From positions 62,001 through 126,000 of the forward strand of contig QPMI01000192.1 in the NCBI GenBank assembly GCA_004431415.1: a DNA stretch of 64,000 bases, in the 5' to 3' direction. Under the pieces are notes generated by a model that was not told the origin of the DNA, did not search any database, and saw only the letters and a program-made list of their open reading frames with translations. The translations under genes were made by a program, and so were the position numbers. Below are positions 22,201 to 33,491 of the stretch, piece after piece; position 1 is the first letter of the stretch; the number at the start of each line of letters is the position of its first letter. This DNA is from Cyanophora paradoxa CCMP329 (Eukaryota > Plantae > Glaucophyta).

Positions 22201-25085
22201 GAGCTGAGCTCAGGCGAGCCAGGGCAGAGCCTGGCGTGGCCTGGCGGAGCGGGGCGGAGCTTGGACGGGGGCGGAGGAGAGCGGGGCGGGGCCTCTTAGC
22301 CTCTAAAGCCTCTCTCGGGCGGGGCGGGGCGGGGCGGGGCGGGGCGCACCTGCGGTCGGCGCCGTGCCAGAAGAGGACCTTGGGGCCCTCCGGCGCCGCC
22401 TTCGCAACCTGCGCCAGCGTCAGCGGCTGGGGCCAGCGGCTGGGCGGGCCAGAAACTGCTAGATCATCGGATCGGTCGGTCGGGCGGAGCGGGCAGAGCG
22501 AAGCGCAGTCGGGGGGAGGAGGAGGAGGAGGGGGCGGGCGGGCGGCCTGGCGAGCAGGGGGCGGGTGGGGGGGGCGGACCTCGCGGCGCCACTGCTCGAG
22601 GAGGGTTGTGGGGGCAACCACCAGCGTCCCCCGCGACCGCACCAGCCCTGCCCCGGCCCCGCGCCCCGTGAGCCGCCAGGGCGCGAGCTCGAGGGGGCAG
22701 GGAGGGGAAGGCTATGAGTTTCGCGCTATGCGCTGACGAATGGAAGAAGCGAGGGGAGGAGGCGAGCGGGGCCGGCCGAGGGGCCTTGGAGCTAGAAGCC
22801 GGAAAAGAGAGGGGGGCCGCGGCGCCGCAGGCTCTAAGGCGACGGGACGGGACGGGAGGGGAGGGGGCCGGCACCAGCGGCGGCGGACTCCACGCAGCAT
22901 GGCTCCGCGCGGGCGCGGCCCGTGGGCGCGGGCTAGGGGATGGGCTCTAAGCAATTGGACAGGGCCAGCGGAGCTCTAAGCAAGGAATGGGAAGGGCCGC
23001 GGCTCTATTTATTTTGGGGGGGAAGGGGTCTAGACGGCACCGGCGGCGGCGGCCTCCTGGCAGCAGGGCTCCTTGAGGGCGCGGCCCGTGGGCGCCGGGT
23101 TCAGCAGCGCCAGAGCGATCACCTCCACCGTCTGCCGGAGGGGGAGCGGGCGGGGGATCAGAGAAGGGGTCAGAGAAGGGGGGGGCGCCCCCTCCTCCTC
23201 CTCGCCTTACGACGAAGTTTAGAAAGACCAAGTCCTTTTAAAATCAATTCCTCCCGCCCCGCCCCGCCCGGCCCGGCCCCGCGGACCTTGCCGAGGCCCA
23301 TCTCCTCGCAGTTGAAGCCGCCGCGGGCGAAGGGCGGCTCCGAGGTCCGCAGGCGGGCCGCCAGCGGGAAGTAGAAGAGGGAGCCGCGCTGCGGCGCCGG
23401 CAGCGGGATGCGCGCCCAGAGCCTCTCCAGCAGGCCCTCCCCCGCCCTCTCCCGGTCCAGCATGAAGCGCACCGCCTGGCGCTGGTAGGGCCGCAGCCGC
23501 AGCGCGAGCCCCGCCGCCTCCGCCGCCCCTTCCTCCAGGAGGGGTCCGTCCTCCTCCCCCATCCGCGGCGGGCGTGAAGGGGGGTAGAAGGAGGGGGGGG
23601 GGGGCAGTGAGGGGTACCTCGAGGGAGCGGACGAGGGCGGCGACGTCGAAGGGAGGGGGGGCGGAGGCGGGGAGGGAGAGGGCGGTGCTCTCTGGGGGTG
23701 CGCACAATTCAGGGGCCCCTTCAGAGGAAAAACAGAAAGGGCGGGGGCGGGGGCGGGGGTGCACCGGGGCGGGCGGCGGCGTCGAGGGCGGCGCGGCGCT
23801 CGGGCGGGAGCGTTCCCCTTAGATGCTCCAGCACGAGCCACATGACCGGCTCGACCTCCGGCGGCGGCGCCGGGCTCTCCAGCACGGCCCGATACCCCCC
23901 GAAGTTCAGGAGAACGGTCAACCGGAAGTGGCGGGCGCCGGCGGGGCCCGAAGCCTCCTCGGCCTGCGAAATGGGGGGGGCTCAGGAACGAACGGCAAGG
24001 GGGTACGGCGACGTCAAGAGTCGGGGGGGGGGGGGTACGCGCCCTTCCCTTGCCGTAGCCGAGCTGCTCGAGGGTGGCCAGGCAGCGGAGGGCCTCCCGG
24101 ACTTTGGCCGCCCGGTCCGGCAGCGCTTCGAAGCCGCCCGCCGGCATCGGCGGCCGCGGCCCCGCGTACAGCGTGAACAGCTCCCGCGCGCTCGCGCCGG
24201 TCGCCGGCAGGCGCCGCGCCGAGGCCGACCCCTGGTGCGGGATCGACACCGCGATCGGCCCCGGCAGGCGCGTCCAGCCCGGCTCGTCCCTCTGGGCGCG
24301 GCCCCCGCGCCTCAGGCCGGGCGCCGCGGATCGAATCTCAGCGGGCCTCGCACCTCCCGGACGTGGGTGATCTCCAGGTCGGCGCCCTGCGCCGCACCAG
24401 CGCTGGCGGCGGCCGAGCTCGCCGCCGAAGCCGCCGCCGAGGCGGGCGCCTGCCCCGCCCGCGGCGCCTTGCCGCTCATCTGGGCCTTGAGGGTGGCGGC
24501 GAGGCGGGCCGTCTCCCGCCGCTTGCGCCACGTCTCGTCCGCTGCAGAGGAGGGCGTCAACGCTGGCGCGGCGCGCGCTCGGGAGGCCGCACTGGAGACC
24601 GCGTGGCAGTGATCTTCTCTCCACCGCTTGCACTGCTCCGCCTTGACGTCGCACACGAAGCAAAAGCAGTTCCCGCACACCGCCGCGTTCGAGCTCTCGC
24701 CCCTCCTGAAGGGCTTCAGCTTGCACTCGGACCTAAGGCCCACGCGGGAGGTGAGCGCGCGCTCGTGCAGCGGTCGAGCGAGCGCCGCAGCCCACCGCGC
24801 GTGCGGGAAGTGGGCCGATTCTGGAATTGCGGCGGCGATGACCTCCAGCTCCTCGTCCGAGTCCAGCGCGATGACGGCGGCAGGCGCTTTCCCTCCCGCG
24901 GCGGCGGCGGCGCGGCTCGATCCGCCCTTGGCAGCTTTCAGGCGCTTGTCGCCACCGGTCGCCGCGGCGCTTGCGGCCGCGTTCTTCGCCGGCGCCTTGC
25001 TGCCGCCGCCGCCGGGCGCGCGGTTCTCGGAGTCCGACGCCGTCTCCGCGCTGCTGCCGTCGCTCTTGCGTTTGGAGCCCTGCAT
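19245..25085 (-). CDS. SNF2-family (Rad5/Rad16-like) helicase with N-terminal Cys/His-rich RIN13-like domain
   Basis: LRPYQ, RGGFNCEEMGLGK, TLVVAP..LLEQW, WHRVVLDE, SGTP, KAVVFSEF, GLNLTAAS, QAIGRVHRIGQTRPV. N-terminal HFPHAR..C..PF..CGNCFCFVCD..C..W..HCHA. Confidence 0.85.
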
Positions 25086-25294
25086 CTTGCGCGGCGTTTT
25101 GCGCAGCGCTCCCTTGCTCTTCCCTTGCAGCGCTCCCGCGCGAGTCCACTTCCCCCCCCCTCTCCCCGGGTACGCATCGTCAACTTCAGAAACAAGCTTC
25201 CGCCTCGTTCAGCGTTCGAAGGCGGTCGTCAGGGGGCTTGCAGAGCGGACCGCATTTGTCCGGCCTTGCCCACTGGTACTGTAGATCGCCGACA

Positions 25295-26791
25295 ATGGCG
25301 AACGCCCAGCAGTACTCAGCGGTGGCCGGAGTCGGCCTTCATGAGGACCGGAATCCTCGCTATCGGCGTACGATGGAGGTGTGTATTCCCCTTGCCTCGG
25401 ATCCATGCCCGAACTCGGCCTCGGACTCGTTCGGACTGGCGGTCTTACGGACCACGTACGGCAGGATGCCACTTGTATCATCGATAAGTTCGGGGGCGAT
25501 CCGGACCAGGCATTCTTTGCCGGTGTGTATGCCTGCCCACGTACCTCCGTCCAACCCGCCAATGTCCCTTGCGTGTCAGTGTACGATGGGCACGGCGGAC
25601 GGGGCCCCGTAGACTTCCTATCCAAGCGGCTACACCAGGTCTGACGCGTCCCGCCCCGAACCCTGCCCGGGTGGCGCCCCCTTCACCTCTAACTGGCCGA
25701 CGTGGACGTGTGTCTCAGACCCTGCTCGAGGAACTGCAGAAGACCCCGCAAAACGTACAAGAATGCATAAAACAGGCCTACTTGAAGACGGATCAGGCGA
25801 TGCGCGACCATCAGGCAAGTTCGCTTGGCTCGTTCCGAAGAGCGACCCGAGGCTCCCCTGCTCGCTGTCTGAAGCGTCTTCGCTTGCATCCGCGCAGTAT
25901 GCTGGCACCACGGCGGTCACAGCTCTCATAAGGAAGCAGAACGGGGTTCGCACCTTGTACATAGCGAACGCAGGCGACTCCCGATGCGTCCTGTGGTGCG
26001 CTGCTCGGTCTTTTCGCTTCCGTTTGCGCCTTCTATGCTGACATTCTTCCGTTTCTTGCAGCCGGAACGGGAAGAGCGTGCGGCTGTCGTACGATCACAA
26101 AGCTTCCGACCCGGTTGAAGCTCAGCGTTGCCGGGACACCGGCGCTTTCGTGGTACGTCGATCGTGGTCTGTACGCTTGTCCTTTTCGATCTAACGGTGC
26201 GCCTGCCCCAACAGGTGAACTCCCGAGTGAATGGTGCCGGACCACGGCTCCGCTCGCTTCCGGCGAGCCGCGGCGTACGCATCACGTTGCTGATCGGAAG
26301 CGCGCGATCAGGTGTGCTCTCGGTCACGCGAGCCTTCGGGGACCACGCTATGAAGAACGCCGTCACCGCGGACCCGTACATCACGGAGGTGCAGATCCAG
26401 CCGGAGGACCAGTTCTTCATCCTCGCGTGCGACGGCCTCTGGGACGTTCTTTCCGACCAGCAGGTGCGGCCGAGCCGGCGAATACCCCCTCCCCCCGCCC
26501 TGGTCGGGCGCGGCTCACCGGCGGGCAGGCCGTTGACCTGATCAAGTCCGAGCGCGACCCGTCGAAGATGGCCGAGCTGCTCGTCAAGCAGTCGCTTTCC
26601 CAGGGTCTGTACTTGGTCTTTGGCCCCACCGGTCTTCTCCTTGCTCATGTGCACTCGCCTCTCCCTCGCCCGCGCCGCAGGTTCGACCGACAACGTCACC
26701 GCGGTCCGCCTTTCTGATCCCTGCCAACCTGTGTTGGGCCTTTTTTGAGCCGCTCTTCTCGCCGCAGATGGTCATCCGTCTCCTCCCGTGA
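25295..26791 (+). CDS. Protein phosphatase 2C (PPM family)
   Basis: RRTMED, VYDGHGG, GTTA, NAGDSR, DHK, LSVTRAFGD, LACDGLWDV, GSTDNVT across spliced exons. Confidence 0.93.
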
Positions 26792-27514
26792 TCTTCACTC
26801 CAGCCGCTGGCGCCGCCTCCCGCGCCCCGCTTAATCCGCAGAACCCTTCCCCCCTCCAGCCCGGCGAGCCCGCCCCGCCGACTGCCTCCCTCCCCTTCAA
26901 TCCGCACGGCCCGTGCACTCCGCATCCTCACCTACCTTGGCCCTTGTCACGCTTATTGTCCAGCGCCCGCCCAAGGGCGCGCCAACAATCGTGCCCATAG
27001 CATTTCCCAATAGCGTTTGTAACTGGTTTTGAGATGATATTTGACAAGGAGCTCGAAACTGCCCAGCGGTGCTGTCTAGGCCCTCTCCTCAGTTCTCCCT
27101 GGGCTTCCGCGGACTGAGTGCCTGGCGCGCGGGGCTTGGCTGCTTCGATTGGAGGCCTCGGCCGCGGCGCTTCGATTCCGAAGTTCTGCATGCACGGCCA
27201 GCGCTGCGCTGCGCCCCTTGCCAAGCCTTGAAGTTGTCCGGGTACACTCACACAGGCAACTAGCGCTGAGTTGCAGCCAGCGCAGCAGACACACACTCCG
27301 GCACCCCAATAAAGTCAGGTGCCGAGCGCCGCGTCGACGTCGCCCGCCGTGGCCCGTGGGCTGAGTCCGCGCAGCATGCTTGGCCTCTCCTTCTCGCCGG
27401 CGGTGTCCGTCGCCGTCGGCACGCTCTATCCTGGTCAGCAGATCGCTGCGTTTTAGAGCGCTGCCGCCGCCGCGCGGCGTCGGCGGTTGAGCTGGCGGCG
27501 CCACGGCGCTGGCA

Positions 27515-28294
27515 ATGGGTTAAACGTTACGGGCATTTTGCCAGGAGACGAGAGCAACTAGACTTGCACTAGAGCACTCCAAACTGGTATAATACAGCGG
27601 GAAAGTGCGCCGTTATGCGCTGACCGTCATTTGACTCCACATTGCAGGCTTCTGCACCCTTCAGGTGCCTGCAAAGCAGCCGCTGAGCGCGCCGTCAGTT
27701 GCATTCATCGAGCTTACTTGGAACTGCGCAGTCTTTGAAGCAGAAGGAGGTCACGATTGACGCTCAGGTGCACTGCGCATCTGAACACGGCGACCTTCGC
27801 CTGTCACGCGCTCGTTGCTGCTCACGATACGTGAATGCGCAGTGGCTCACCTACTGGCTCACGTTTGCCGTCATCCATGTCGTGAACGTCGTCCTCTCGC
27901 CCATCCTTGTGTACATTCCGCTTTACTGGGAATTGCAAGTGCGCCGTCTCTCGCGCTGAGGGGCCGCGTTCATGCGCGCTCACAGTGTGCGCTCTGTAGA
28001 TCGTCATCCTTCTCTGGCTGCAGATGCCGAACTTCAACGGCAACGAGTACATCCGCAAGAACTTCGTGACGGCGCGCCGCGCGGCACCGCGCTCCTGCGC
28101 TGCGGCTCCTGGCCGGCGCTGACTCTGCTCCCGCGCAGCCGTACGTGGAGACCCACGACCTCACGCCCCAGGCGCTGCAGGCGGACCTCCTCTCTGCGCT
28201 CAAGAACCTTCCGGCGCACATTCAGAAGCTGAAGGAGTCGTTCGCCGCCGGGAAGGCCAAGGCGGCCGCCGCCGTGCCGAAGAAGGTCGAGTAA
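27515..28294 (+). CDS. HVA22/REEP/Yop1 (TB2/DP1) family membrane protein
   Basis: DAQWLTYW, YIPLYWELQIVILLWLQMPNFNG..YI...V.PY; TAA at 28294. 5' exons uncertain. Confidence 0.75.
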
Positions 28295-28642
28295 TGTGCG
28301 GGCCGCTTCCTCCGACTGCCTGGGCAGCGCTTTTACAATGTCTTAGATGTCCGCCCCCCACATTTCCTTGTACAGTACCGTCTGTCTGGCAGTCATTGTC
28401 CGCAATCTTATGCTTTTTCAGTACCTCTTGTGCCATCCACTTCCCGACTCGCTGACCGGGAAGCGCCGCTGCAGAGTTCGTCATATCCATAGTATGTCAC
28501 AAAGGAGCGCGCCGGGGCGGGAGGGGGCACTCCGCAGGAGGGAATGGGGGCCTGAAGGACGGAAGCCGGGGCGCGGGCGAAGGCGGCGGGAGCGAAAGGG
28601 CTAGGGAAGGGAATGCGCGATCGGGGAGGGCCTGGAGAGGCC

Positions 28643-29623
28643 TCAGTCCATGCGGCCCTTGAGTGTCCGCGTGATGACCTGCGTGGGCGTGCTGCGGGGG
28701 CCGCGTGAGGCGCGGCCGCTGGGGCTCGCGCGGCGGGGTGCCGCACATGATGTGGACGATGCCGCCGTAGCCGGAGAGGCAGTCGCGGTCCACGCCGGAG
28801 AGGAGGACCTGAGAGACGACCTCGAAAAGCTCCTCGGGACCCTGCGGCGCGGCGCCGCGGCGCGGAGCGGCCATGTCAGGCGGGCGGCCCCGCTCGGCCG
28901 GCGGGCGCCCACGCGGGGCGCGCACCAAATCGTCCTTGTACATCGACTCTGCGCAGCCGTACAAGCACTCGCTGCAGGTGCCGCCGACCGCGAAGTTGGC
29001 GGACGTGACCGGGGCGCCCAGCAGGTCCATCGCGGAGATGAACGGCTCGTCGCCATCCAGGCCAGCTATTATAGGCTCCACGAAGTACGGGCCGAAGCTG
29101 CCCGCGGCCAGCGACGCGTCAGGCATCCCAATGGTCGACGGCACCGCCCTAGCCAGCGAGCGCACCGCTTCTCGTACAGCATGGACGACACCAGCGCCGC
29201 AAAGGTCTTCGGCTTAATGTCCCGTTCTTCCCGCAGCTTGTACATGTTGACCCGGAACTTGAAGCGCTCGTAGCTGGCAGGGGTCAAGGCCGCGTGGCGC
29301 GTGTACGCGCCCCGTTCGCCCGCGCAGGGCAACAGGGCGCAATGCGAGCACGAAGCGGGGGGCGGGGCCGCGGAATGGCGCGGAAGGATACAGCGTCTGC
29401 ATGTCCGAGATGAGGCCAGCGAATCCCACGTAGAGCTTGTCGTGGATCTTGAACGCCTTTGACATCGTTGCGGACATGGTGGTTTGCTGCACGCCGAAGC
29501 GCCGGTCGGAGGCGATGGCCACGCAGTTCTTGCCCTTCATGGCCACCACCGCCCCGCCGTTGTACTCCATGATCGACTGCATGGCGTCAGGCGCGCGGGA
29601 GAGGCCGGGGATCCGCGCACCAT
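28643..29623 (-). CDS. PSMB3: 20S proteasome subunit beta-3
   Basis: ATG-only first exon, then SIMEYNGGAVVAMKGKNCVAIASDRRFG, KRFGPYFVEP, DRDCLSGYG, ending TLKGRMD. Confidence 0.96.
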
Positions 29624-29740
29624 CTTCGCGGCGGGGGGGGAAACAGTCTGAGGAGGGTACGGCACCAGACGCAGATCACATGCACCGGAGCTGTCATGCA
29701 GCAATGGAGCTTGGCGCGACTCTACGTGCGCATGTGGAAC

Positions 29741-30126
29741 CAGGTAAGACCGCTCCGCGCGCACGAGCTGAGCCGACGCCCACTTCTTGCTCAGGTCGCT
29801 GGAGCTGGCTGACTGTGTGCGGGCTTGCAGAGGCTCCGGCCGTCGACACGCGCTGCGGACAGTCCGGCTAGGTCAGAGCTCGTGCGAGCCACGCGCCGCG
29901 GCTCCTCTGCTCTCGACTCGGGCCCGAGAGCGGTTGGCGCGAACCGCTCTCGGGCTCTAGGGCCGTGTCTGCGTGTCCGCTGGGTCCGCCGCTGGTCGGT
30001 GAAGCACGTGGATACTCCAAGCGAGCGTATGAACAGGTAAGAGCGCTGCGCGGCGAGCGCTAAGCCGGACCCTCACAGCACGCCGTCGGCGCCGCAGTCC
30101 GCCCGTGGACGCGCCCCGCTGCCCAG
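29741..30126 (+). repeat. Intron-exon-intron hairpin cassette copy (left arm of an inverted pair)
   Basis: Reverse complement of 30992-31382. Donor GT 29744, CTGAC branch motif, acceptor AG 29830, donor GT 30037. Confidence 0.85.
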
Positions 30127-30991
30127 CGGCGAGCTGCGCGGCGCGCGGCGCGCGCCGGCCCTCTGCGTGCGCGCAAGGCGCTGGAAAAGGCACCGCACAG
30201 TGGTGGAGTCGCGTCGAGGCCTACTGCCGCCTCAGCCACAGCCACAGCCGCGGCGCTCGGCTTCAGTGGGCTGCCGACGTGCATCGAGTGAGGGGTGCGG
30301 AGCCTGCGTCCTCGGCCCTCTCTGCCGGCTGAATCGCGCGCAGCGGACAGGGGCGGGGCTGGCGGTGAAGATGCCATGTGGGCCGGCGCCGAGGTCCTGG
30401 AGACGAGTGCGGTTTATGCCCCTCCGTCCTGCCTTTGTACCCCGCCCCACCTCCCTTCTGCATCCGTGTTTTGCCGGCCACGGCCCGTGCGCTCAACGAT
30501 CCTGCAATGTCCCACTTTCAATGCTTGCGAAGCTGCTGCTGACCCGCAAGTCGGGCTGCGGCCTCTTTACGAGAGAGGGCGCGCGCGTGGAGGCGCGGAG
30601 GAGAAACGTCTACAGGGTATACCGTTACGGGGCGAACGAGAGGGAGGGGGGGGGGAGGGAGGGAGGGGGGTGGAGGGGGCCGAGCTCGAGGAAGGCAGGG
30701 AGGCTCCGGAGGAGCGCGAAAGGGGAGCGTCGAGAGGGTACAGGGCCGTATACGTAGTCGGAGGTACGAAGGAGGAGCGTTGGAAGGGTGCGGGGCGGAG
30801 GGCTCTAGAGAGACTCCTGGAGGGGCGAGGCCGCCAGCGAAGCCGTGAAGCCGGCGTCACGGCGCGGCTCTCGGAGACCCCGCGGCGCCTGCCCCCGCCG
30901 CCGGCCAGCCACCCGCCCCGTCCCATAACGGGACTCGCGGTCTCGCTTCTGCTCTGCCGCGTTCTGCGACGCGTGTCAAAGCGACCCTGCG

Positions 30992-31530
30992 CTGGGCAGC
31001 GGGGCGCGCACAAAGGCGGACTGCGTCGAAGACGGCGCGCGTGCTGCGAGGGCCGGGCTTAGCGCTCGCCACGGAGCGGTCTCACCTGCTCTCACGCTCG
31101 TTTGAAGTGTCCACGTGCTCCAGCAACCAGCGGCGGACCCAGCGGACACGCACACACGGCCGTAGAGCCCGAGAGCGGTTCGCGCCAACCGCTCTCGGGC
31201 CCGAGTCGAGAGCAGAGGAGCCGCGGCGCGTGGCTCGCACGAGCTCTGACCTAGCCGGACTGTCCGCAGCGCGTGTCGACGGCCGGAGCCTCTGCAAGCC
31301 CGCACACAGTCAGCCAGCAGCCGGCGACCGGTACGCGAAGTGGGCGTCGGCTCAGCTCGCGCGCGCGGAGCGGTCTCACCTGCTCTCACGCTCGTTTGGA
31401 GTGCCCAGGTGCTCCAGCGACCAGCGGCGGACCCAGCGGACGCCCAGGCACGGCCGTAGAGCCCGAGAGCGGTTCGCGCCAACCGCTCTCGGGCCCGAAT
31501 CGAGAGCAGAGGAGCCGCGGCGCGCGGCTC
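30992..31530 (-). repeat. Intron-exon hairpin cassette copy (about 1.5 units; right arm of the inverted pair)
   Basis: Units at ~31084 and 31378 with the same 14-bp hairpin. Confidence 0.85.
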
Positions 31531-31813
31531 GAGCTATCTACGAGCTGGCCGCGACGTCTGGAGCGCGCTTTGACAATCGGAGCCGCTGCACGCGCGCCCG
31601 GAACAGCTCGAGCGGATTCGAACTCAGGGGCCGCAGCGGTGAGGCCACGGCTGACCGGACGACTGGCGGACTTCTGATCTGGTACAGGTAAAAGAGGCAG
31701 GCAATCCCGGCTGCTGTACTGACCCGGTCGCCCGGGTACCACGTGGGTTGCTGCCCGATCAGGAGAGAGGGGGGGAAGGAGCGGCGCCGCGACGGGTACG
31801 GGTCATTCAGACG

Positions 31814-32815
31814 ATGGTACGCGCCCTAAACGCCCCTCGCGGGCAGCCCCGCCCGCGCTCCCCTGCCCCCATGCTGACTTTCTCGTGTCCTTGCGCACCC
31901 CTCCCGGCGATCGCAGGGTCGTCTTTACAGGAACTACTCGAAGGTGATTCCTGCCGCACCCATCCGCCCCAGCGATGTTTCTAACGGCGCTTGCTCACGA
32001 TTATGTGCCACTTTAGGTCGCGGTTCCGCCTCGGCGGCCGTACGAGAAGGAGCGTCTCGACGCCGAGCTCAAGCTCGTCGGCGAGTACGGTCTCCGCAAC
32101 AAGACCGAGGTCTGGCGTGTGCAGTACGCTCTGGCGAAGATCCGCCATGCGGCCCGCACGCTCCTCACGCTGGAGGAGAAGGACCCGAAGCGCCTCTTTG
32201 AGGGCACGGCCCTGCTCCGCCGCCTGACCCGCATGGGCATCCTGGATGAGTCGAAGCAGAAGCTCGACTACGTCCTTGGGCTTAAGATCCAGGACTTCCT
32301 GGAGCGCCGCCTCCAGACGCAGGTGCGGGGCCACTCTCGAAGATCCCCGCGCGGGGCGGCGTTGCGGCGGCTGGATTGGGCCCCGATCGCGTTGCCGCGA
32401 AGCTCATGCGATATGTGCATTTGCGCGCAGGTGTTCAAGCTCGGCCTTGCCAAGTCGATCCACCACGCCCGCGTGCTCATCCGCCAGCGCCACATCCGCG
32501 TTGGCAAGCAGGTTCGCGATGCGCCGCAGCTATTGCTTCAACTCCAGCTGATCGTGATCCGCTCGTGCACGTGTGCAGATCGTGAACATCCCGTCGTTCA
32601 TGGTCCGCGTCGACTCGCAGAAGCACATCGACTTCGCCCTCACCAGCCCGTTCGGCGGTGGCCGCGCCGGCCGCGTCAAGCGGAAGCACCTCAAGGTCAG
32701 CGCTGCGCTCGCCGCAGCGCCTTCTGATCGCCCGGCGCGCTCGCCCTCGCTTACTGCGACCCCGCAGGCCAAGGAGAAGAAGGAGGACGCCGGCGAGGAG
32801 GAGGCCGACGAGTAA
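31814..32815 (+). CDS. RPS9: 40S ribosomal protein S9 (uS4)
   Basis: [83 protein letters not shown]. Confidence 0.97.
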
Positions 32816-33491
32816 GCTGTCACCCGCAGCTTACGCTGCATGCCGTTCCGCGGCAACCGCACTGTTCTACGACGACCTTCGATGTCTGTCTCCCGCGACA
32901 GAATTTTCACGACCCTCGCACCTCACCCGCTGCCGTCGAGCCCTTGGGGTTGGGTGGGTTCTGGTTGGAGATCGCTAGCATCGGCGCTTGTCTGGATCGG
33001 AGCGGGGCAGAGCAGGCAGCGGGGCAGCGGGCCGCAGCGTGCTGGGCTCACCTAGCGGGCGGGGGTGCCGACTGCAAACGTGAGGGAAGCAGCTAGCGAG
33101 AACTGCGCGAGCGGTGCATGCGGAGTGTTCTCGTAGTCGGGTCCAAACTCGACGCGTACGAGCATCCAAGCTCGAGCTCGAGGGGGGTACAGCGAGTCAG
33201 CTGCAGTGGCAGCGACTTGGCGGCGAGCTTGCGTCCCAGCACGCAGCTGAGCTCGAGACTCTAACCTGATAGACTCGCATGCTGCGACGCGGCGCGTGGG
33301 TCTGCGTCCCCAGGCGCTTCCGGCAGCTCGGGGGATCCGCGTCCACTGCTCTCGCAGGACGCAGGCGCTGTTTCTGGGTGTCTACAAGCTTTAGCTAAGC
33401 TAGCGCTCAAGTAGTCCTCCAGCGAAGCCCGGGTCGACGGGCACTGTGCAGGAGCGCGGGCCTCGCAGCGGGGGAAAGCTTGCGGGGTGAA

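Noticed and set aside
19245-24400. Frame breaks in the SNF2, kinase and LRR genes as pseudogenisation
   Set aside because: Most are explained by short introns or fall in G/C homopolymer runs prone to long-read indel errors.
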